DNA of 64,000 bases from Acidobacteriota bacterium (GTDB taxonomy: Bacteria > Acidobacteriota > Vicinamibacteria > Vicinamibacterales > CAVVIG01). The notes under the pieces were generated by a model, which saw nothing but the letters and a program-made list of their open reading frames with translations, ran no database searches and was not told the DNA's origin. The stretch lies in NCBI GenBank assembly GCA_016195265.1, contig JACPZW010000074.1, forward strand, positions 29,651 through 93,650, given 5' to 3'. The translations under genes and the position numbers were made by a program. The number at the start of each line of letters is the position of its first letter. The first letter of the stretch is position 1. Below, one piece after another: positions 37,449-44,368 of this stretch.

Positions 37449-37951
37449 GACTGCAGCCTGCCCTTTCCGACGACGAGCGCGACGGGCCTGCGCGTCTCGT
37501 GCATGGTGCACGTGAGGCGGTCAATGTCCGGTGCAAGGGTCGGCGGCTCGAACACGGCGAACGGGATCCGCAGCAATTGCAGCAACGGCGTCATCACATC
37601 GCCCATGATGAGGTGCTCGGGCGCGTCATTGCCGCTTTTGCCGCCCTCGCCGCGCCAGCTGATCACGAGCAGCGCCGGGATGTCGTAGATCTGGTGCAGC
37701 GAGACGAGCGCGTTCATGCTGACGCCGAGCCCGCTGTTCTGCATGAAGACGACCGGCTGCCGGCCGCCGAGGTATGCGCCGGCCGCGATTCCCAACGCGG
37801 AGTCCTCGCGCACGGCGCTGAGGTAGCCGTAGCGCGGCTCGGCGTCGAGGATGCGCGTCACGCCCTCGAAGAGCGAGCACGGAACGCCCGTGAAGTAGTT
37901 GTAGCCGTGCTGTTCGAGCAGGTCGAGGAACCGCCGCGAAGGACTAGCCAA
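37445..37951 (-). CDS. phosphonopyruvate/sulfopyruvate decarboxylase family, alpha (pyrimidine-binding) subunit
   Basis: FLDLLEQHGYNYFTGVPCSLF...REDSALGIAAGAYLGG...FMQNSGLG. The proposed TTG start at 37951 overlaps the upstream gene's end by 8 nt. Confidence 0.75.
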   Translation of the reverse strand: MASPSRRFLDLLEQHGYNYFTGVPCSLFEGVTRILDAEPRYGYLSAVREDSALGIAAGAYLGGRQPVVFMQNSGLGVSMNALVSLHQIYDIPALLVISWRGEGGKSGNDAPEHLIMGDVMTPLLQLLRIPFAVFEPPTLAPDIDRLTCTMHETRRPVALVVGKGRLQS

Positions 37952-39623
37952 CTTCGGTCCACGCCCGGCGGTAGTCGTCGAACGTATCGACTTCGAGCCA
38001 GCCCTGGTAGATGCCGACCGAGCCGACCGCATGGCCGCGCCGGATGACCTCGTGCAGCAGGTCGGTGAGCTTCGCCGTCCGCAGCGACGGCGACTCGTGC
38101 ACCGGGGCGGACTCGCCGCGGTCGCGCAACTCGCGATAGACCTCGCCGAGGATCTGGCACCCGCGCGCCGACAGCTTCGCCATGCCGATGAACTCGGCGG
38201 TCGCCTGGCCCGCGTCGAGCCCCTGCCCGATCGCCGTGATCCGCACGGGCTGATCGTCGGCGAGGAAGCGGTGGTGGCGCCGCGGCGTGGGCGTCTCGAT
38301 CACGAGGTCGGCGGATGCGCCCTCGCGCGTCGCGCGCGTGTCCGGCCACGAGCGATCGCAGACGAGCGCGATGTCCTCGTCGGACTGCAGCAGCCGGTCC
38401 AGGATGTTCTTGTCGAACAGAATGTCGCCGTACATCACGATCACCGCGCCGGACAGCTCCGCGCCCGCGCGCAGCAGGCTCTCGAGCTCGCCGCTCTCCT
38501 CGAACGCGTCGTTGTCGTAATAGCGGACGTTGGGGATGGTGATCTGTTCTTTCTTGTAGCCGCGCACGACGGCGATCGGGCGGACGCCGGCCTGCTGCAG
38601 CGCGTCCACCTGGCGCTCGAGGATCGGCTTCCCTTTGACTTCGAGCATCGCCTTCGGCCGATCCGCGACGAGCGGCATCAGCCGGCGGTCGAAGCCCGCG
38701 GCCAGAATCACCGCCTTGACCGTCTCGGCGTCGGCCGGCAAGTATTCTTTCTCGTCGGCCTTCATCTGCGCGAGGTTCACGAGCCGGTAGACCTCGGCGA
38801 GCGGCACGATGCGATCCTCGACCGCGGACGCGCGTCCGGTCTCGCGAATCGTCTTCAGGGCATCCTGCGCCGCGCGAATCGCCGCGCGCATGCCCTGGTT
38901 CGCGAAGATCATCATCTTGAAGCCGGCGCGCGCCAGCTCGTCCACGCTCGCGTCGTTGTAGGTCGTCGGCACGCAGACGAGCGGCGTCAGGCGATCCCAT
39001 TCGGCCGCGAACTGCGCGATCTCGTCCATCGTGTGGTGCTTGGAGTGGATCAACACGGCGTCGGCGCCCGCGTCGGCGTACGCGCGGCCGCGGCGCAGCG
39101 CTTCCTCCATGCCCAAGCCGGCGATCAGTGCTTCGGTGCGCGCGACGATCACGAGCTCGCCGGCGGCGGCGTCGACGGCCGACGTGATCTTCAGGACCTG
39201 CTCGTCGGTGTCGGTGAGCAGGCGCTTCACGCCGCCGTAGAAACTGCAGCGCTTCGGAAAGACGTTGTCTTCGATGCAGATGCTGGCGATGCCGGCGGCG
39301 GCGAACGCGCGCACGGTCCGGATCGCGTTGATCGAGTTGCCGAAACCCGTGTCGCAATCGGCCATCACCGGGAGGCTGGTCGCCTCGTTCATGATCTGCG
39401 CGGCGTGGAGCGTCTCGGTCATCGTGAGGATGCTCGCGTCCGGCACGGCGTAGCTCGCGCTGATCTCGAAGCCGCTCGCCCAGACCGCGTCGTACCCGGC
39501 TTCCTCGACGATCCGCGCCGTCAGCCCGTCGTGCGCGCCGCCGAGCACGATCGGCCCGGGCCTGGCGAGCAGCCGGCGGAGCGCCGCAGCTTTCGAGAGA
39601 AGCGGTGAAGAACGTTTCGTCAT
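37944..39623 (-). CDS. PEP-mutase-like (isocitrate lyase/PEP mutase superfamily) domain fused to a C-terminal LicC/PntC-like nucleotidyltransferase
   Basis: The N-terminal 290 aa include GAHDGLTARIVEEAGYDAVWASGFE, DCDTGFG, ICIEDNVFPKRCSF and LIHSK. The C-terminal 260 aa include AVILAAGFDRRLMPLVADRPKAMLEV...GWLEVDTFDDY. The start is MTKRSSPLL at 39623. Confidence 0.85.
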   Translation of the reverse strand: MTKRSSPLLSKAAALRRLLARPGPIVLGGAHDGLTARIVEEAGYDAVWASGFEISASYAVPDASILTMTETLHAAQIMNEATSLPVMADCDTGFGNSINAIRTVRAFAAAGIASICIEDNVFPKRCSFYGGVKRLLTDTDEQVLKITSAVDAAAGELVIVARTEALIAGLGMEEALRRGRAYADAGADAVLIHSKHHTMDEIAQFAAEWDRLTPLVCVPTTYNDASVDELARAGFKMMIFANQGMRAAIRAAQDALKTIRETGRASAVEDRIVPLAEVYRLVNLAQMKADEKEYLPADAETVKAVILAAGFDRRLMPLVADRPKAMLEVKGKPILERQVDALQQAGVRPIAVVRGYKKEQITIPNVRYYDNDAFEESGELESLLRAGAELSGAVIVMYGDILFDKNILDRLLQSDEDIALVCDRSWPDTRATREGASADLVIETPTPRRHHRFLADDQPVRITAIGQGLDAGQATAEFIGMAKLSARGCQILGEVYRELRDRGESAPVHESPSLRTAKLTDLLHEVIRRGHAVGSVGIYQGWLEVDTFDDYRRAWTEVG

Positions 39624-39675
39624 GGATTCGACGATACCACAGTCACGCCGCGATAAAGTTAAAGTACGTGCCACC

Positions 39676-40785
39676 GTGCTGATACAACCTGTCCGGGGAC
39701 GCCGCGCGTTCCGCGAGTTCATCAATTACGCCTACGAGAGAAACGCCGCCGATCCGCACTGGATTCCTCCGCTGCGGCTCTCCGAACACGAGCGGCTGAA
39801 GCCGTCCAAGAACCCGTTCTTCGCGCACGCCGACGTCGAGCTGTTTCTCGTCCGCCGCGACAACGGCGTGGTCGGGCGCATCGCGGCCATCGACGATCGG
39901 CTGCACGAAAAGACACACGGCGACCAGACGGCGATGTTCGGGTTCTTCGAAGCGGCGGACGCCGAGGCCGCGCGCGCGCTGCTGGCCACGGTCGAACGGT
40001 GGGCGGCGGCGCGCGGCCGCCGGCGCGTGCGCGGACCGATCAATCCGTCGCTCAACGAAAGTTGCGGCCTGCTGATCGACGGCTTCGACACAGACTCGAT
40101 GCTGCTGATGCCGCACAATCCGCCGGAGTACGCCGCGTTTATCGAGTCTGCGGGCTACGCCAAGGGGATGGATCTCTACGCCTGGCTGTACGAGATCGCG
40201 GCGCAACCGCCCGAGGTCATCGCGCGGCTCGCGGCGCGCCTGCGCGAGCGGCTGCAGCTGGTCCTGCGTCCGCTGAAGCTGTCCGAGTTCACGGCCGAGG
40301 TCGAACGCCTGCGCGACATCTACTGCGGCGCGTGGGAGCACAACTGGGGATTCGTGCCGCCGACGCGGGAGGAATTCCAGCGACTCGCCACCGAGCTCAA
40401 GCCGATCTTCGATACGCGCGCCGCCGTCGTCGCCGAATCGAACGGCCGGATGGTGGCCTGCGCCGTGGCGGTGCCCGACATCAACCAGGCGCTCAAGGGG
40501 ACGAGCGGCCGGCTGTTCCCGAGCGCGCTGTTCCGGCTGCTGCTGCGCCACCGCTACATCGACCAGGCGCGGCTGCTGCTGCTCGGCGTCGCGCCCGAGT
40601 TCCGCACGCGCGGCCTCTACCCGCTGCTGATGTTCGAATTGCACCGCCAGATCGCGGGCGGACCCTACAAGCGGATGGAGTTCTCGTGGGTGCTCGAGCA
40701 CAACCGCGACATCAACCAGCCCGCCGAACAAGCCGGCGCGCGCCGCTACAAGACCTACCGCATCTACGAGAAGCTCCTCGGTTGA
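39676..40785 (+). CDS. GNAT-like N-acyltransferase family protein (candidate ceramide-synthase-type step)
   Basis: About 370 aa, including FREFINYAYERNAADPHWIPPLR...GFFEA...RGPINPS...LLLGVAPEFRTRGLY (acyl-CoA N-acyltransferase fold features). The start is uncertain: the track ATG at 39622 overlaps the divergent pepM-like ATG, so the GTG at 39676 is preferred. Confidence 0.65.
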   Translation: MLIQPVRGRRAFREFINYAYERNAADPHWIPPLRLSEHERLKPSKNPFFAHADVELFLVRRDNGVVGRIAAIDDRLHEKTHGDQTAMFGFFEAADAEAARALLATVERWAAARGRRRVRGPINPSLNESCGLLIDGFDTDSMLLMPHNPPEYAAFIESAGYAKGMDLYAWLYEIAAQPPEVIARLAARLRERLQLVLRPLKLSEFTAEVERLRDIYCGAWEHNWGFVPPTREEFQRLATELKPIFDTRAAVVAESNGRMVACAVAVPDINQALKGTSGRLFPSALFRLLLRHRYIDQARLLLLGVAPEFRTRGLYPLLMFELHRQIAGGPYKRMEFSWVLEHNRDINQPAEQAGARRYKTYRIYEKLLG

Positions 40786-41073
40786 ACCACAGAGGACACC
40801 GAGGACACGGAGAGAATGTGAATAGCCACGGAGCCACGAAGACACAGAGGTGTTCGACGCGGCGCCGCGAAGCGGCGGGCCTGGCAGTCAGCGAGCCGCG
40901 CGAGCGACAGCGGACCGATTAGATGCCTGTCGTTCGCACGGCTCGCTGACTGCCTGACACGCGGCCTGGTCCGCAGGCCGCCCGCGTCGAACACGATCCG
41001 TGGAGTCTCGCTTCTCCGTGCCTCTGCGACTCTGTGGCTAATTTCCCTCCGTGTCCTCCGCGTCCTCCGTGGT
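40786..41073. repeat. 288-bp nested palindromic element, copy 1
   Basis: The termini ACCACAGAGGACACCGAGGACACGGAG / CTCCGTGTCCTCCGCGTCCTCCGTGGT are inverted. Inner arms are GTGTTCGACGCGG / CGCGTCGAACAC, and a central 16-bp perfect stem is GGCAGTCAGCGAGCCG / CGGCTCGCTGACTGCC. Confidence 0.9.
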
Positions 41074-41132
41074 TGACGCTCTTTCTTCTTCTTCCGAGAT
41101 TTCTGCGCGTTCCGTGTTGATCGTCGTCAGTC

Positions 41133-43601
41133 CTATCGCTCGAACCGGAACTGCAGCCGGACGCCGCGGTTGTCCGAGTTGTAGAACGTGCCGTACGACG
41201 GCGCGCTGGTGTTGGACTGGACGTCCGCCGGCAGGAACGCGCCGAGGATGTTGGTCACGCGGATGCCGATCCACGGCTGGAACCGCAGCACCTTGATCCG
41301 CCGCTCGAGGCCGAGCTCCAGCCGTGCCGCATCCGGAAAACGCTGCGCGTTGCGCGGCTCGACGAAGTCCAGCATCTCGTTGACGGTCGAGTACGGCACG
41401 CCCGTCCGCCAGTCGAATACCCCGAGCAACAGCCAGCGGGGCGCCGGCATCAGGCGGCCCCGCACGAACAGCCGGTGCGGCACGTCGGCGTTCAGCGGCC
41501 CGTACGCATTGGCGCCGATGACCGGCGCGAGCACGGTGTCGAAGAAATTCGTGAGCGCGTTCAGGTCGCCCTGCGCCGACGACCGCACGTACGACACGTC
41601 GACGTCGGCGGAGGCCCCGCGCGTGAAGTGCACGCCGACTTCGCCGTCGCGGTAACTCGACGCGCCGCCGCTCGAGAGCGTGAGCGCGGCGCCCGTCGGC
41701 GTCGCCGACGGCGTCACGATCAGCTCCTGCCGCCCCTCGCGCTGGAGATACGCCGCGCGGAACGCCCAGCGCGCGTTCAACCGGTACTCGTAGCCGACGT
41801 CCCACGTCCGGCTCCGCGGCGTCTCGAGGTTCGGCGCCGCGATCCGCGCCACGCGCACGGCAGGGCCGAGGGGCGTGCGGCCGTCCGCGGCGAACCGCCG
41901 GTCCGTCTCGCGCTCGAACGTCTCGAACGCGCCGGCGACCGCCGGCGTGCGCTCGTAGAACAGGCCCCAGCCGCCGCGCAGGACGGAGCTGCCTGACTCA
42001 CTCAGAAGCACGGCCGTTCCAAGGCGCGGCGACACATTGACCCGGCCGAGAATCCCGTCGCGATCGAGACGGCCGCCGGCTTCGACGTACCAGCGCGGGC
42101 GCAGCTGCAGCCGATCCTGCGCGAACACCGCCGCTTCGGTGCTCCCCACCGACTGACTCGTGGCGGCGTCGAAGTCGATGCGCCGCGCGGTCGTGCCGTC
42201 ACCGCGGTCGATCACAACCGACCGGCTCTCGCTCGTGCCGTCGTACTCTAGGCGAATCACGTCCAGGCCGACCTTGAACAGGTGCACGCCGCCCAGGCCG
42301 TCGCGGTCCGTCGTCACGACACTGACGAGCTGGTACGCCGTGGAGTTGCGGTGCTGACTGTTGAAGAAGTTGCCCAGCGTCGTATCCGGCTGCAGCTCCA
42401 TCGGCGCGGTCCCCTGGGGAACCACGTCCGTGCGCGACTGGAAGAACTGGATCGTCGTCTCGCTGACCGTCTTGCCGGTCCACATCGCGCGTTCGGTGAC
42501 GGCCGCCTGCGTGGCGAATGTGTGGAAGTCGATCGACGCGTCCGGCGGAATGAACGTACCGAGCGTCGCAAATGTCGACTGGCTCGGGAACACCCCGACG
42601 GTCGCGCCGAGCATGTGCCGCCGCGAGACGTTCGCGTCGACGCGCGTGAACGAGCTCATCGACGTCGAGACGCGCTCCTCGTCCGGGGGCCGGCTCGGCA
42701 CTTCCCCGCGGCTGTAGCGGAATTGTCCGGTCTGTTCGACAAACAGTTTGTCCTCGATCACCGGTCCGCCCGTTGCGAACCGCGGGCCCCACGCGTCGAT
42801 GTGCGTGAAGCTGAAGGGCTGGTCACGCCGGTTGCGGAACGTCGGACCGAAGCGGTTGATCCGGAACTTCCACTGATCCTTCGCGCGCCGCGTCTGGATC
42901 ACGACGAGGCCCGACGCGAACCGGCCGTACTCGACGGCATAGGGGTTCGGCAGCACCGTGACCGAATCGATCGCATCGTCGGGCAGCGCCACCTGCGCGA
43001 TCGCGGACGCGGGATCCACGACCGACGCCGCGCCCAGCTGTACGCCCGACTGGTTCGGGCGCCCGCCTTTGATGCTGACGCTGCCGTTCGGCAGCGTGAT
43101 GGCAGTTGAGAGCATCCGGACGGCGCCCTGAAAACCCGCGCCCGGCACGAACTGATCGAGCTCGCGGCTGGCAATCGCTTCCACCGTCGCCAGCGTGTTG
43201 CCGCTCGAGACGGCGGTCGTCGTCCCGACGACGTCGATCGTGTCGGAGAGCGTACCGATCGGCAGATCGACCATGACGTGCGCGGGATCGCGGTCGCTGA
43301 CGACGGCGGACTCCAGCACCGTCTCGAAGCCCTCCAGCACCGCCATCACGCGGTACGTGCCGGTCACCAGGCCGCCGACGCGAAAGCGGCCGTCGCCGTC
43401 GCTCACCACGGTCGCGACAATCCGGCCGGTCGCGTCGATGACGAACACGCTGGCGCCGCCGAGCGGCGTCGTGTGCTGCGTCGAGATCGCGCCTTCAATG
43501 GCGCCGAGCGGCACCTGTGCCGCTGCGAGGGCCGAAGATGCGGCGAGCAGCGCGGCGACCAGCAATGGATGATGCCACCGGACGCGGCGCATCACTCTCA
43601 T
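41133..43601 (-). CDS. outer-membrane CarboxypepD_reg / plug / beta-barrel protein (Oar-like TonB-dependent transporter family), paralog 2
   Basis: Same architecture as 34343..36817, with long identical peptides (LPNPYAVEYGRFASGLVVIQTRRA). It ends in FRFER. The start MRVMRRVRWHHPLLVAALLAASSALAAAQ at 43601 overlaps the upstream TGA (ATGA). The track ORF extends spuriously to 43922. Confidence 0.85.
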   Translation of the reverse strand: MRVMRRVRWHHPLLVAALLAASSALAAAQVPLGAIEGAISTQHTTPLGGASVFVIDATGRIVATVVSDGDGRFRVGGLVTGTYRVMAVLEGFETVLESAVVSDRDPAHVMVDLPIGTLSDTIDVVGTTTAVSSGNTLATVEAIASRELDQFVPGAGFQGAVRMLSTAITLPNGSVSIKGGRPNQSGVQLGAASVVDPASAIAQVALPDDAIDSVTVLPNPYAVEYGRFASGLVVIQTRRAKDQWKFRINRFGPTFRNRRDQPFSFTHIDAWGPRFATGGPVIEDKLFVEQTGQFRYSRGEVPSRPPDEERVSTSMSSFTRVDANVSRRHMLGATVGVFPSQSTFATLGTFIPPDASIDFHTFATQAAVTERAMWTGKTVSETTIQFFQSRTDVVPQGTAPMELQPDTTLGNFFNSQHRNSTAYQLVSVVTTDRDGLGGVHLFKVGLDVIRLEYDGTSESRSVVIDRGDGTTARRIDFDAATSQSVGSTEAAVFAQDRLQLRPRWYVEAGGRLDRDGILGRVNVSPRLGTAVLLSESGSSVLRGGWGLFYERTPAVAGAFETFERETDRRFAADGRTPLGPAVRVARIAAPNLETPRSRTWDVGYEYRLNARWAFRAAYLQREGRQELIVTPSATPTGAALTLSSGGASSYRDGEVGVHFTRGASADVDVSYVRSSAQGDLNALTNFFDTVLAPVIGANAYGPLNADVPHRLFVRGRLMPAPRWLLLGVFDWRTGVPYSTVNEMLDFVEPRNAQRFPDAARLELGLERRIKVLRFQPWIGIRVTNILGAFLPADVQSNTSAPSYGTFYNSDNRGVRLQFRFER

Positions 43602-44368
43602 TCTGCGCTCCGCGACGCCTGAAGCCTCGGCCAGACGTCGTCCCTTACGCGGGCCAAGTGCTGCTCGTCGTCGACTTCGCCCCACAGCAGATCGGGCACG
43701 AACACCGCGCCAATGGCGCGCTCGGCGGCGATGGCGACCAAGGCATCGGTCTCGTAGTCCATGCGCTCGTGGCCGCACCGGTCCACGAACGCGGTGAACG
43801 CCCGCTGCATCGCCTGCGCGCCCGCGGCCGACAGGCGCGTGATGCCGACGAATTCTCCGGTGATGCTCGGCAGGTCGGCGGCGCGCTTGCTCATCGACCG
43901 CAGCCGGCCGTTGGGCGCGCATACCCAGACTTCATCGCCGGCCCCGGTCGGACCTGAAAGGAGCGTCGCGTCCGGGAACGAAGGCGACGAGAGGATCGCC
44001 GTCACGGCTCTCGCTTCATACACGATGTCGCTTTCGAGCACGAGGACGCCGCCGGCGCGATCGCCCGTGGAGACGGCGTCGAGCGCCCGCGCGAGCGACG
44101 CCATGCTGCCGGACGAGGCGTACCGCTCGTTCAGGACGGTCCGCACCCCAGGCCGCCCGGCCGCAAACCGCTCGTACTGATCGGCGCAGTACCCCGCGAC
44201 GATGGTCACCTCGGAGATACCCGCGTCGCCCAGGACGTGGACTGACCGGCCGACGAGCGTCTCGCCGTCGATCTCGATCAAGCCCTTCGGCCGCGCGTCC
44301 ACGATGGATCGGAGGCGCGTGCCCATGCCCGCGGCCAGAATGATCGCACGGCTGTCACGCGCGGCCAA
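43598..44368 (-). CDS. LicC/PntC-like nucleotidyltransferase (stand-alone)
   Basis: AIILAAGMGTRL...RPKGLIEI...WGEVDDEQHL. The TTG start lies 11 nt upstream of the phnW-like stop. Confidence 0.85.
   Translation of the reverse strand: MAARDSRAIILAAGMGTRLRSIVDARPKGLIEIDGETLVGRSVHVLGDAGISEVTIVAGYCADQYERFAAGRPGVRTVLNERYASSGSMASLARALDAVSTGDRAGGVLVLESDIVYEARAVTAILSSPSFPDATLLSGPTGAGDEVWVCAPNGRLRSMSKRAADLPSITGEFVGITRLSAAGAQAMQRAFTAFVDRCGHERMDYETDALVAIAAERAIGAVFVPDLLWGEVDDEQHLARVRDDVWPRLQASRSAE

Noticed and set aside
36983-38047. 354-aa plus-strand ORF across the decarboxylase genes, and the 499-aa minus-strand ORF 37858..39357 across the mutase-like gene
   Set aside because: These are alternative-frame or antisense shadows of genes with clear TPP and PEP-mutase-superfamily motifs. 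Their composition is almost pure Arg, Ala and Pro.
40764-40994. ORFs inside the two long palindromic elements (40764..40994 and 45434..45757) that share the peptide RRFAAP.RTPLCL
   Set aside because: The shared peptide is a by-product of the nucleotide identity of the repeat arms. The ORFs cross element boundaries, differ completely in the non-conserved centre and have no start context.
40782-41077. Possible TTGA target-site duplication flanking palindromic element copy 1
   Set aside because: TTGA occurs on both sides only if the boundaries are shifted by one base. The left TTGA includes the GNAT stop codon. The other three family members show no comparable duplication.
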